This document shows positions 33,002 through 41,252 of a DNA stretch of 41,252 nucleotides, in pieces; position 1 is the stretch's first letter; the number at the start of each line of letters is the position of its first letter. The position numbers were made by a program, and so were the translations under genes. The notes beneath the pieces were generated by a model, which saw only the letters and a program-made list of their open reading frames with translations, did no database searches and had not been told where the DNA came from. The stretch covers positions 1-41,252 of the forward strand of contig QMOK01000002.1 in the NCBI GenBank assembly GCA_003648195.1. Reading direction: 5' to 3'. Source of the stretch: Chloroflexota bacterium (GTDB lineage: Bacteria; Chloroflexota; Anaerolineae; Anaerolineales; UBA11858).

Positions 33002-34204
33002 ATGTCAGTTCGTCAATCTCAAAAAATCTTCTTCATCGCCATCATAATTCTGGGATTATTTAGCGCTTGCAACATGCCCCAAGGCACTCCCGTGCCATCC
33101 CAAGGCCCAGGCGCGGTCTATACTGCCGCGGCGCAAACAGTCTCTGTCCAACTAACCGTAGCCGCTGAAGGAACTCCACACCCAGCAACCACCGCGGCAA
33201 ATCCGCCCACCCCAACCGCCATCCCAGAAAATATACTCACCCCTACAGATTCCCCCCCGTCAATTTTCGGCACACCAATAGGCTCGCCCACCCCAACCGC
33301 AATCATACCCGACCACATGACGTTTATTAGCGATATCACCTACCCTGATAACGCCCAAGTTTCGCCTGGAGAAGTATTCACCAAAACCTGGCGTTTAGAA
33401 AACACTGGCTCTAACACCTGGACATCAGAATATTCCCTGGCCTTTGAACATGGAGACGTCATGGGCGCCTCAACCCCCATCAAATTCACAGACACAGAAG
33501 TAAAACCTGGAGAAACTATTGATATTTCAATAAAATTAACAGCTCCAGATGTTCCCGGCCTTTATCAAGGATTTTGGGTACTTCGCAACCAGGATGGCGA
33601 ACCCTTTGGCGATGGCGGCTCCCTGCAAACTTTTTGGGTGAAGGTAAATGTGGAGATAGGAACAGGCGTGATGTTCAACTTCAACGCCTTCGCCGATGAA
33701 GCAGCGTGGGGAACAGGAACCATGCCGGTTAACTTTTCCGGCCCCGGAAGTGATTCGCTAACATTCGGGCCGTCTGCCAATCCCGGAGACCCATTCGCCG
33801 ATCTACGAAACAATCAAAAACTAGAAAATGGCCGCGTTTCTAATTGGGTGCTAGAAACATACCCCCCCGTAGGCGCAAACAACTACATCATTGGAAGGTA
33901 TCCCACTTATACCGTCAATTCTGGCGATCACTTAATGGGCACAGTCGGCTTCATAACAAACCCAGACGAGAGCTGTGGAAACGGAGACGTGAAATACCGC
34001 ATTAGCTACACCGTAAATAACGACCTTTCCACAGTAAAAACCCTTTGGGATTGGGCAGACACCTGCGATGGCATAGTTAAAGAAATAAAGATCAACCTCT
34101 CAGATTTAGCGGGAAAAGAGATTCAGTTCTATTTGCTCGTCATTACGCACACCTCTACCGATGAGAATTACACCTTTTGGGCTTCCTTAGCTGTGCAGCG
34201 CTGA
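33002..34204 (+). CDS. lipoprotein with PT-rich linker and NBR1-like (Ig-like) domain
   Basis: Signal peptide with lipobox LFSAC. VSPGEVFTKTWRLENTGSNTW...LTAPDVPGLYQGFWVLRNQDGEPFG matches the NBR1-like domain pattern. The C-terminal 200 aa or so are unassigned. ATG 33002 is preferred over the ORF-track start, which overlaps miaB. Confidence 0.72.
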   Translation: MSVRQSQKIFFIAIIILGLFSACNMPQGTPVPSQGPGAVYTAAAQTVSVQLTVAAEGTPHPATTAANPPTPTAIPENILTPTDSPPSIFGTPIGSPTPTAIIPDHMTFISDITYPDNAQVSPGEVFTKTWRLENTGSNTWTSEYSLAFEHGDVMGASTPIKFTDTEVKPGETIDISIKLTAPDVPGLYQGFWVLRNQDGEPFGDGGSLQTFWVKVNVEIGTGVMFNFNAFADEAAWGTGTMPVNFSGPGSDSLTFGPSANPGDPFADLRNNQKLENGRVSNWVLETYPPVGANNYIIGRYPTYTVNSGDHLMGTVGFITNPDESCGNGDVKYRISYTVNNDLSTVKTLWDWADTCDGIVKEIKINLSDLAGKEIQFYLLVITHTSTDENYTFWASLAVQR

Positions 34205-34524
34205 AACTGAAGAACCTCTACTACATCAACTTTTAAGTAACGACAAAAAAGTAAGTGCTGTCATTGCGAACAAAGCGTAGTATACTCGAAGAGTGTCCCC
34301 AAATGCGACAAAAAAACGGTCAAATTTACCCTGATAGGATGCTTCGCTAAGGGGATTAAGAGGAGGGCTAAGGTTTAACAAACAACTTTTCAGCACCCCC
34401 TAAGTTTCTGCAGATTCGCTAATTAACAGAAAATAAGGTAAAATGACATTTGTTAAATCAGTCTACTGTTGAAAACACATCACTTGTATTGAAATCTATA
34501 ACTCTATAGTTGAGGATATTTGAC

Positions 34525-35310
34525 ATGGCTAAAGAAGAATCACCTAAAGAAATCATTGACTCGTATCGTAAACGGCGCAAGACACAAGGTCAATCATGGA
34601 AAACCACTTTGATCTTCATTCTGGCGGCCTTATTGGTTATTATAGGGTTGAATTTCTTAATCTTTTGGCTTACAGGAACAGAAATATCTATCAAAGATAT
34701 TTTCGCTTCTGACACACCAACCCCAACCAGCACGCTCACACCAACCTTAGTGCCACCCACCGCAACCCCCACACTAACGCCCACAGAAATTCCACCTACT
34801 AATACTCCAACTATCACCTTCACCCCCACCCGCTCTGGCGCAGTGATTTATATAGTACAAGAAGGTGATAGCCTATACACTATTGCAGAGCGATTTGAAA
34901 TTGACCTCTTAACGCTAATCATGGTCAATCGTGATCGCCCAGAGTTTACTCTTGACCCGCTCAATCCCATCATACGTCTAGGAGATGAACTACTAATCCC
35001 AGCCCCTGGCGAAACTTACCCATCCCCTACGCCTATCCCCTACGACGCACCTCCAGGCATGATGGTGGCCTACACAGTTCGACCAGGCGATTCCGTACAA
35101 TCCATTGCCCTCAAACTGCGCAGCACTGTAGAAGACATCCTAGAACGCAATGAATTCATTGAAGAATACCAAGAAGGCCTGCTTTTCGTTGGCCAAGTTA
35201 TAAATGTAAGAGTAAATCTCGTTACTCCTATGCCAACCGTGGAAGGAGAATCGACACCGGTAAACACACCAGGAGCTATCTCCACACTAACGCCAACCGC
35301 AGCGCCGTAA
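34525..35310 (+). CDS. membrane-anchored protein with two LysM domains and PT-rich linkers
   Basis: TM helix, then YIVQEGDSLYTIAERFEIDL...LGDELLIP and YTVRPGDSVQSIALKL...VGQVINV (LysM). GAGGA RBS before ATG 34525. Confidence 0.8.
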   Translation: MAKEESPKEIIDSYRKRRKTQGQSWKTTLIFILAALLVIIGLNFLIFWLTGTEISIKDIFASDTPTPTSTLTPTLVPPTATPTLTPTEIPPTNTPTITFTPTRSGAVIYIVQEGDSLYTIAERFEIDLLTLIMVNRDRPEFTLDPLNPIIRLGDELLIPAPGETYPSPTPIPYDAPPGMMVAYTVRPGDSVQSIALKLRSTVEDILERNEFIEEYQEGLLFVGQVINVRVNLVTPMPTVEGESTPVNTPGAISTLTPTAAP

Positions 35311-35330
35311 TAAACTTTTCGAAAAAATAT

Positions 35331-35360
35331 AAGAGCCGGACAACAAGTCCGGCTCTTTTT
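35331..35360 (+). terminator. intrinsic terminator after the LysM gene
   Basis: 10-bp stem aagagccgga / tccggctctt with a 7-nt loop and T-run. Confidence 0.7.
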
Positions 35361-35410
35361 GGTTAACAAAGGTACTGGGCTGTCAAATATAAAAAGATGG
35401 TTTGTAACAA

Positions 35411-35470
35411 GGCACGAGAGTGCCTACTTTCGGCAAGGACGCACTCTCGTGCGTCACTACGAACACATCA
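35411..35470 (+). repeat. copy B of the intergenic hairpin repeat (double hairpin)
   Basis: ggcac-gaga-gtgcc (35411-24) and gacgcac-tctc-gtgcgtc (35438-55). The 12-mers gcacgagagtgc and gcactctcgtgc are reverse complements. 35440-35470 matches the reverse complement of 19731-19761 at 26/31. Confidence 0.6.
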
Positions 35471-35551
35471 CTTTAAGCTTGACACAACAGTACAACCGCA
35501 AAGAACAAAAAAAACCACTGTAATTCCCCGCCTTCGAGCGTATCATTTCCC

Positions 35552-35579
35552 TTGACGCGAAAAAGGGAAGGTGTATAAT
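35552..35579 (+). promoter_or_regulatory. candidate promoter of the Fur-family / ZIP operon
   Basis: TTGACG, 16 nt, TATAAT. Confidence 0.45.
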
Positions 35580-35592
35580 TTTCCCGCCTTAT

Positions 35593-35607
35593 TGAGAATG
35601 ATTATCA
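35593..35607. promoter_or_regulatory. Fur/Zur-box-like 7-1-7 palindrome
   Basis: TGAGAAT-G-ATTATCA, against the 7-1-7 consensus TGATAATnATTATCA. Located just downstream of the -10 box. Confidence 0.5.
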
Positions 35608-35630
35608 ATATCAATTATAGAAGGTCAACT

Positions 35631-36071
35631 ATGGCAAACACATCTACAGCAAAACGTGCTGAAATTTGGCAAGAGACACTCCAAGAACATGGCTGCCGAT
35701 TAACAGCCGCCCGCCAAATAGTGATAAACATCTTGGCCGCAAGCGAAATCGCCCTCACCCCGCAAGCCATCTACGACATAGCCCGCAGAGACGGCCACTC
35801 CCTAGGACTTGCCAGTGTTTACCGAGCGTTAGAAATATTAGCAAAACTCAACCTCATCCAGCGCGTACACCAGCCGGGAGGATGCCAAGCATATTGGCCA
35901 ACCCTGGTTGGGCATAAGCACTTTATAATCTGCAAAAAATGTGGCCGAATGGAAGTTTTTGAAGGCCAAGAAGACCTAACCGACATCTTTCAAAAAATAG
36001 CAAAAGAAAGCGGCTATCAAATTCAAGAACATTGGCTGCAAATCTATGGAATTTGCAAACAATGTCAATAA
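35631..36071 (+). CDS. Fur-family metalloregulator (probably Zur, given the ZIP partner)
   Basis: 146 aa with a winged-helix N-terminus and CKKCGR...CKQC structural-zinc motifs. The ORF-track GTG 35571 lies in the promoter. Confidence 0.85.
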   Translation: MANTSTAKRAEIWQETLQEHGCRLTAARQIVINILAASEIALTPQAIYDIARRDGHSLGLASVYRALEILAKLNLIQRVHQPGGCQAYWPTLVGHKHFIICKKCGRMEVFEGQEDLTDIFQKIAKESGYQIQEHWLQIYGICKQCQ

Positions 36072-36086
36072 TTGGAGAATACATCT

Positions 36087-36818
36087 ATGTTTAACTCACC
36101 TAATACTTCTATCTGGTTAGCAGCATTTGCCTCTCTGGCAGCAGTAGTAAACAGTATCGGAATTTTCACCATCTTCAAATATAAAGCCTGGGCTGAAAAA
36201 GCAAAAACCTACTTCATGTGCTTCGCCGCCGGAATATTGATTTCTGTTCCCCTAATACTAATTTTGCCAAAAGCCCTTGAAAAGAGCTTCTATGCCGGCT
36301 TCTTCGCCCTGATTGGCTTTTTATTCATGTTCTTCTCTAACGAATTAATAAGCAAGCGCACAAAGCAAAAATCACTCGCGTTTGGGATAGTAGCAGTCGA
36401 AGGGATAGGAATTCACTCCTTTATTGATGGCATTATCTACGCAGTCACTTTCCAATCCTCAATTCTCATTGGCGTCCTCGCCGCTACAGGCATGATCATA
36501 CACGAATTCGCCGAGGGAGTGATAACCTATCTCGTGCTCAGAAAGGCTGGCGTGAAAGAAAAAGCGGCCATGTTCCAAGGCTTTTTAATTGCCTCCCTCA
36601 CTACCCCTCTGGGCGCACTTGTAGCTTACCCCATCATCCGTCACCTAGGAGAATTACAAGTCAGTTTCATGCTTGGCTTCTCCGCCGGAGTGTTACTCTA
36701 CGTTTCAGCCTCTCACCTTTTACCCGAAGCGACAAGCCACGAAAAAGAACATTCCCAACTTACTTTTCTACTGGGAGTCGGATTAGCGTTGCTTATTGTG
36801 TTAACAAAACTTCTCTAA
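36087..36818 (+). CDS. zupT: ZIP-family divalent metal (zinc) transporter
   Basis: Polytopic protein with HSFIDG and HEFAEG motifs. ATG 36087 is 8 nt behind GGAGA (ORF-track TTG at 36072). Confidence 0.82.
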   Translation: MFNSPNTSIWLAAFASLAAVVNSIGIFTIFKYKAWAEKAKTYFMCFAAGILISVPLILILPKALEKSFYAGFFALIGFLFMFFSNELISKRTKQKSLAFGIVAVEGIGIHSFIDGIIYAVTFQSSILIGVLAATGMIIHEFAEGVITYLVLRKAGVKEKAAMFQGFLIASLTTPLGALVAYPIIRHLGELQVSFMLGFSAGVLLYVSASHLLPEATSHEKEHSQLTFLLGVGLALLIVLTKLL

Positions 36819-36834
36819 AAGTTAAAAAACGGGA

Positions 36835-37950
36835 TTAAAGCAACTGCTCAAGCGCGGCCTGAATTTCTTCCCTAACTTCAAAATTCTCCTCCCCGCTTAG
36901 GGATGCTTTCAAGGCTCGGCACGCGGATTCACCACCGATTTGGCCCAACGCCCAAGCAGCGTGCCCCCGCACCAAGGGTTCTCCATCCCCCAAAGCTGCT
37001 ACCAACGCCGGGACCGATTGCTCCTCCCCAGCGTTTCCCAACGCTACCGCCACGTTGCGCAAATACCCCCGGCGCTTGGTTCGCTTTACAGGACTTCCCC
37101 TAAATTTACCATTGAAATCATGCGGAGAAAGCGATAATTCCTCCTCCAAAACGGGAGCCGCGACCTCGGCTCGAAAAGCGAACTCCGCTGGGGGCTGCGC
37201 GGGACGCTCATTCCAAGGGCACACCTGCTGGCAAATATCACACCCAAAAATCCAATCCCTCAGCAAGGGGCGCACATCACGGGGAATGGCCTCTTTCAGC
37301 TCAATTGTCAAATAAGCAATGCACCGATTGGCATCCAATGTATAAGGCGCTTTTAAGCTCCCCGTGGGGCAAGCGTCTATGCAACGCGTGCAAGAGCCGC
37401 ACTGAGTAGTGGGAAAAGGCGGGTCAGGCACAAGCTCAATACCCAACAAAATTTCGGCCAAAAAGAAATAAGACCCCTGTCCGGGATTGATGAGGCAAGT
37501 GTTCTTCCCAATCCATCCCAGGCCAGCGCGGGAGGCAATCTCTCGCTCTAAAATTGGCCCTGTGTCGGTGTACCAACGATTAGGAACAGCCTCCCCCACA
37601 CGCTCTTCAACAAATTGCACCAATGCCTCTAATTTTGGCGGAATAACGTGATGATAATCTTGCCCCCAGGCGTAAGAGGAAACTTTCCCCGTCCCTTGGC
37701 GCGGACACGACTGGGGATATGGCATACCCAGCACGAGAATGGATTGACATTCGGGGAGAATAGCACGAGGGTCAGCCCGTCCGCAACGCGCCCGTTCGGC
37801 GGACATCCACCCCATCCCGGCGTGATGCCCATCTGCCAGCCATTGCTCATAAAACGCCAAATGCGGAGGAGGTTCGGGGGTGGTAACACCCACCAAACTG
37901 AATCCCAAACGTTTAGCTTCAGCTTTTACGGCGCGGGTTAGTTTTTCCAT
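36835..37950 (-). CDS. queG: epoxyqueuosine reductase
   Basis: 371 aa with YEQWLADGHHAGMGWM, two 4Fe-4S motifs (CGSCTRCIDACP, CDICQQVCPWN), and C-terminal HEAT-like repeats. Confidence 0.9.
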   Translation of the reverse strand: MEKLTRAVKAEAKRLGFSLVGVTTPEPPPHLAFYEQWLADGHHAGMGWMSAERARCGRADPRAILPECQSILVLGMPYPQSCPRQGTGKVSSYAWGQDYHHVIPPKLEALVQFVEERVGEAVPNRWYTDTGPILEREIASRAGLGWIGKNTCLINPGQGSYFFLAEILLGIELVPDPPFPTTQCGSCTRCIDACPTGSLKAPYTLDANRCIAYLTIELKEAIPRDVRPLLRDWIFGCDICQQVCPWNERPAQPPAEFAFRAEVAAPVLEEELSLSPHDFNGKFRGSPVKRTKRRGYLRNVAVALGNAGEEQSVPALVAALGDGEPLVRGHAAWALGQIGGESACRALKASLSGEENFEVREEIQAALEQLL

Positions 37951-37989
37951 AATGGTAGGGGCATCCCTCGCGGTCGCCCAATGCCAAAT

Positions 37990-39324
37990 TTACGGCAGCC
38001 AGCGAGGGGCGTATCCGTTGATGACCAAACGTGTCTTCTGCGATCCAGAGCGATTGACGACCCAAATTTCGGGCGGTTCTGATAATTGGGCATTGTTATA
38101 GCGCACATAAGCCAAACGCTGCCCATCCTGATGCCAGACAATGCCTGTGTGATTATAATCTGGGGCGTCTGTTAGGACATAAGCGCGGTTTCCATTTGAT
38201 GACATCACCCACAATTGACGCCCCGGAGACCAGCAAGACGCTTCTAGGCATTTACGCTCAAAAGCAATTAAATCTCCAGCAGGAGAATAAACAGGATTGG
38301 CGTCTTCTAAATAATTTTTCGGCGTCAAATCTTGTTCTGTCCCCTCGGCAAGGTTAAATTTTAGCAGGTGGCGTGGGGCGTAGTCGCCCACAAGATAGGT
38401 GATTTCGGTAGTGACAAAGGCATCTCCCGTTGGCGACCAGCTTCCAGAACCGCCGGTTTCATTGGCATGAGTAATAGTTCTCCCGTCCGCCAGATTGGTG
38501 AAAACAAATGCCTGCTGGGTATGGTCGTAATAAGCCAGCCATCCCGTGGAAGACCAGGCGGGGTTTTCGGTGAAGTGCCCATATTCTCCAACTGCCATTG
38601 AACGATGGCTCTGCAAATTGTAAACGCGAACGCTCGGAGCGCCATCAGCTACTTGCGGAATCCATTCGTAAGCCAAATATTTCCCTGCGGGGGAAATTTT
38701 AGGGGAACGACACAAAGATTGGACACATTCAAGAATAAGACTCGATTCCCCTGTGAGTCGACTCAGCGCATAAAGTGCGCTCTCTGCGCTTGAATGCCAA
38801 ACGCTGTAATATAACGTCAGACCATCGGCGCTAACGTCAAAATCTAGCACACCATGGGGGTACGCGGTTAGGGTTTGGCTCTCGCCTGTTTCTAGGTTAA
38901 GGGTATAAAGATTGCTATTTCCATCCGCAGGCCACAAATAAACGAGAACCGGCGGGGTAATCTTAAAATTCCAGGTATGGCTTTGGAGAAGCGGCAGCCC
39001 TAATTCCGATTTTGCGCCAGAATCGAGGCACAGCGTGAGCGTCTCTCCGTGGGGCCAGGGCTGATGGGGGATGAATGTTAGGGTATCGTGGGATTGGTTC
39101 CAAGAGATGGTTCCCGTTTGAGGCGGTTGGACAGAGAGATGCGCCTCAACGCTCTTCTCGTTCATGGGGCGAGAGAAGGCAATCTGAAGCGGCTGCTCTC
39201 CAAGGAGCGGTTCGGCGTCACTGGTGGGTAAAACCCGTTCCACTCGTGGTGCCATCCCCCAAGCCGCCACTCCGGCAGCAAGAATGAACAAAATGATCAG
39301 CAAAAAAACAAGATTGCGCTTCAT
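37990..39324 (-). CDS. secreted/anchored protein with SbsA-Ig-like domain plus TolB-like (PD40) beta-propeller
   Basis: N-terminal TM/signal helix. Repeated SPxGxxLAY-type PD40 motifs (SPAGKYLAYEW, SSTGWLAYYD, SPAGDLIAFER, QDGQRLAYVRY). ATG 39324 preferred over GTG 39354. Confidence 0.72.
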   Translation of the reverse strand: MKRNLVFLLIILFILAAGVAAWGMAPRVERVLPTSDAEPLLGEQPLQIAFSRPMNEKSVEAHLSVQPPQTGTISWNQSHDTLTFIPHQPWPHGETLTLCLDSGAKSELGLPLLQSHTWNFKITPPVLVYLWPADGNSNLYTLNLETGESQTLTAYPHGVLDFDVSADGLTLYYSVWHSSAESALYALSRLTGESSLILECVQSLCRSPKISPAGKYLAYEWIPQVADGAPSVRVYNLQSHRSMAVGEYGHFTENPAWSSTGWLAYYDHTQQAFVFTNLADGRTITHANETGGSGSWSPTGDAFVTTEITYLVGDYAPRHLLKFNLAEGTEQDLTPKNYLEDANPVYSPAGDLIAFERKCLEASCWSPGRQLWVMSSNGNRAYVLTDAPDYNHTGIVWHQDGQRLAYVRYNNAQLSEPPEIWVVNRSGSQKTRLVINGYAPRWLP

Positions 39325-39330
39325 AGCAAT

Positions 39331-39336
39331 ATTATA
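39331..39336 (-). promoter_or_regulatory. -10 box placed for a leaderless transcript of the TolB-like gene
   Basis: On the minus strand: TATAAT, 6 nt (attgct), then ATG 39324. No SD sequence. Confidence 0.35.
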
Positions 39337-39409
39337 AACGAATTTTAGAGACACGAAGCATCTTTTTGATATTACGGGGTGGAGTTGAGATTTCCGAAGT
39401 TTACACTAC

Positions 39410-39449
39410 AAAAAAAATAGTACGCCTCAAATTCTTATTGAAGCGTACT
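39410..39449 (-). terminator. intrinsic terminator after ssb
   Basis: On the minus strand: agtacgc / gcgtact 7-bp stem followed by a T8 run (A-run 39410-39417 on the + strand). Confidence 0.55.
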
Positions 39450-39474
39450 GGAGCAGGTTCTTGAATTCTGCCAA

Positions 39475-39807
39475 TTACTCTTTTTTATCGAGCATTTGCA
39501 TCTGAGAAGCAATCACTTTTGTAAAATAGCGCGTGACGCCCTCTTGTTCATAGCGGTCTGTTTTTAGGCGACCTTCCAAGAAGATAAAACTGCCTTTTTT
39601 AAGATATTCTTGGCAAATTTCGCCCAAATGTTCCCAGGCTTCAATATTGAACCATTCGGTGTCTTCGTTTTGGTTGCCGTCTTTATCGCGCCAGCGCCGG
39701 CTGACGGCCACGCTAAACTTACAAACTTTCTTGCCGTTAGGAGTATACTTTAATTCTGGGTCTCCCCCCAAATGCCCAATCAATTGAACGCGATTTAGAC
39801 CAACCAT
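39475..39807 (-). CDS. ssb: single-stranded DNA-binding protein, short form (OB fold only)
   Basis: MVGLNRVQLIGHLGGDPELKYTPNGKKVCKFSVAV...TEWFNIEAW...GSFIFLEGRL. ATG 39807 behind GGAGGA. 110 aa, ends ...QMLDKKE. Confidence 0.85.
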   Translation of the reverse strand: MVGLNRVQLIGHLGGDPELKYTPNGKKVCKFSVAVSRRWRDKDGNQNEDTEWFNIEAWEHLGEICQEYLKKGSFIFLEGRLKTDRYEQEGVTRYFTKVIASQMQMLDKKE

Positions 39808-39887
39808 GTCATCCTCCTTTAAATAAAGTGTATACAGAAACAAATGAACTAAAATACGCACAAATGCGCGTCTCTGGCAAAAAAAAC

Positions 39888-40493
39888 TCAGCTCATCTCC
39901 TGACGTCCCATCAAAGCCCGCAAAAGCGTGTTCTGGTCGGCGTACTCCAAATCGCCGCCCATGGGCAAACCACGCGCCAAGCGAGTAACCCGCACATCAA
40001 AGGGCTGCAACTGCTGGCGCAAATACATCGCTGTGGCGTCTCCTTCCATGCTTGGGTTTGTAGCCAGGATTACTTCGCTCACGGCATCTTTCTGCACCCG
40101 TTTCAGCAATTCTGCAATACGTAAATCTTCTGGGCCTACCCCTTCAATGGGAGAAAGCGCTCCCTGCAAAACATGATACTTTCCCTGAAAGCCAGAAGTA
40201 CGCTCAAGAGCCAGTACATCCAGCGGCTCTTCAACCACGCATACTAGAGTGGCAATGCGCTCAGGGTCAGCACAGACCTTACACTGGGATCGTCCGGCTT
40301 CCATGATGTTAAAACATGTCGGACAATAATCCGTCCCCGCCCGCAAATTCAGCAAAGCTTCCGCCAAAGTTTGCACCAACGTCTCTTCAGAGGTTCGCAG
40401 CAAAAAGAATACCAAACGAGAGGCGGTCTTTGGCCCCACTCCTGGCAAACGTGAAAGAGCGTCAATTAACATTTTAATTGGTTCTGGAAGCAT
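39888..40493 (-). CDS. recR: recombination protein RecR
   Basis: 201 aa with LPGVGPKTASRL (HhH), a CxxC...CxxC zinc finger, and a Toprim domain (ATNPSMEGDATA). Confidence 0.95.
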   Translation of the reverse strand: MLPEPIKMLIDALSRLPGVGPKTASRLVFFLLRTSEETLVQTLAEALLNLRAGTDYCPTCFNIMEAGRSQCKVCADPERIATLVCVVEEPLDVLALERTSGFQGKYHVLQGALSPIEGVGPEDLRIAELLKRVQKDAVSEVILATNPSMEGDATAMYLRQQLQPFDVRVTRLARGLPMGGDLEYADQNTLLRALMGRQEMS

Positions 40494-40505
40494 AATTTTA
40501 CACCC

Positions 40506-40835
40506 CTAAAAAGGCAAACCGCCTCCAGCAAGCGGCCCTAAACGATCTTCGGCCAACTTGCGCGATTGGTCTAACCCATTATTCACAGCAGTCAAAATTA
40601 AGTCCTGCAACATCTCTACATCGCCATCTTCCAAGAGAGCGGGATCAATTTCTACAGACTTAAATATCTGATCTCCGGTAACCACCACCTGCACAGCTCC
40701 GCCTCCCACCGTGCCCGTGACCGTTTCTTCTGCTAACGCCTCTTGAGCTTTCAACATCTCTCGCTGAAGCTTCTGAAGTTGCTGCATCATCCCTTTATTG
40801 CTTGCTGGCATTCCCATTCCACCACGTTTACTCAT
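40506..40835 (-). CDS. ybaB: YbaB/EbfC-family nucleoid-associated protein
   Basis: 109 aa with MMQQLQKLQREMLKAQEAL...GGGAV.V...G. Conserved position between dnaX and recR. Confidence 0.9.
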   Translation of the reverse strand: MSKRGGMGMPASNKGMMQQLQKLQREMLKAQEALAEETVTGTVGGGAVQVVVTGDQIFKSVEIDPALLEDGDVEMLQDLILTAVNNGLDQSRKLAEDRLGPLAGGGLPF

Positions 40836-40875
40836 CTAAACCTCCAAAATAAAATTAGCTTCTCTGAAATAATTT

Positions 40876-41252
40876 TCAATCTCTATCTGAAACGTATTTT
40901 CCGCCTAAATCGCGAACCGCCGTGCTAATCATGCCGTCTGGTTCCACGGTAGAGGGAAGTTCGTTCCCGTTTCGCGTGCCTGTCACACATTCAATGGGCA
41001 GCTCTTGGCCCAACACCTGTTTTAGAGCTTGCCTAGTGATTTCCAGATGGTTCTCTTGCTTCATCTTTGCCATATTGATTTCACTATTAAAATTCAAAAT
41101 TAGTTTTCCGCCCTTAATGCCCAATGGCTTGCAAGAATGAAGCACCCCTTGCGTCATAGGGCTTTTCTTCCGCACCGCGGCAAGCACCGCGCCCCACTCT
41201 TTCAAAACATCTCCAACCCTCGGATTGGAGTCTTCAACATCCGCTGTGGAAG
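40876..41252 (-). CDS. dnaX: C-terminal part of DNA polymerase III subunit gamma/tau (5' end outside the window)
   Basis: The frame stays open to the window edge (…STADVEDSNPRVGDVLKEWGAVLAAVRKKSP…). Sequence is typical of the DnaX C-terminal region, and the dnaX-ybaB-recR synteny is conserved. Confidence 0.7.
   Translation of the reverse strand, partial: STADVEDSNPRVGDVLKEWGAVLAAVRKKSPMTQGVLHSCKPLGIKGGKLILNFNSEINMAKMKQENHLEITRQALKQVLGQELPIECVTGTRNGNELPSTVEPDGMISTAVRDLGGKYVSDRD

Noticed and set aside
1-41252. Search for tRNA/rRNA genes, CRISPR arrays, IS elements, integrases, prophage, toxin-antitoxin or defence-system genes.
   Set aside because: I found no T-loop/acceptor-stem patterns, no regularly spaced direct repeats, no terminal inverted repeats flanking a transposase-like ORF, and no ORF with recombinase, nuclease or defence signatures. 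Every ORF over 100 aa outside known genes was inspected. A homology search could still reveal distant matches for the hypothetical proteins.

Overview
Gene-dense 41.3-kb bacterial chromosomal window with about 40 real CDS. Most genes have Shine-Dalgarno-type RBSs. I recognise no rRNA, tRNA, CRISPR, transposase, integrase or phage genes. The content reads as core metabolism and housekeeping rather than an accessory island.

Gene order:
- panB, then a one-carbon block folD-fhs-fdhD.
- After a highly structured 498-nt spacer, a three-gene soluble formate dehydrogenase: NuoE-like 2Fe-2S protein, HydB/NuoF-like flavoprotein, and molybdo/tungstopterin FdhA.
- FdhA is a selenoprotein. The ORF track splits it at an in-frame TGA (9404-9406) that is followed by an fdhF-like SECIS hairpin.
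- Immediately downstream is a decay or rearrangement scar. The 5' part of a second nuoE-like gene abuts, out of frame, the 3' ATPase end of a histidine kinase.
- ArsB/NhaD-type permease plus USP.
- pdxS-pdxT-orf311-R3H/AAA ATPase-tmk.
- A long minus-strand run: AAC(3)-like, crotonase, SDR-fold protein lacking the catalytic triad, M23 peptidase, EthD, and REC-GAF-3xPAS-GGDEF overlapping a GAF-GAF-HD-GYP gene.
- An acidic small protein, DUF1232, HAD hydrolase, membrane protein, two-domain GNAT, SWIM protein, miaB, NBR1-like lipoprotein, and LysM protein.
- Fur-family regulator plus ZIP transporter, queG, TolB-like propeller protein, and ssb-recR-ybaB-dnaX (partial).

I did not find a convincing new multi-gene system; there is no defence-island or mobile-element signature. 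The items most worth a second look are:
- the Sec-FDH with HydB-type partner
- the nuoE'/kinase' junction
- the coupled HD-GYP/GGDEF pair with an atypical receiver
- three genes with a perfect TATAAT 6-7 nt before the ATG (candidate leaderless mRNAs)
- a promoter/13-codon ORF/terminator unit upstream of the SWIM gene
- a hairpin repeat shared by two intergenic regions
- three stacked 10-bp inverted repeats upstream of the fdh operon

All calls come from reading the translated ORFs and the DNA by eye. No database search or folding program was available.
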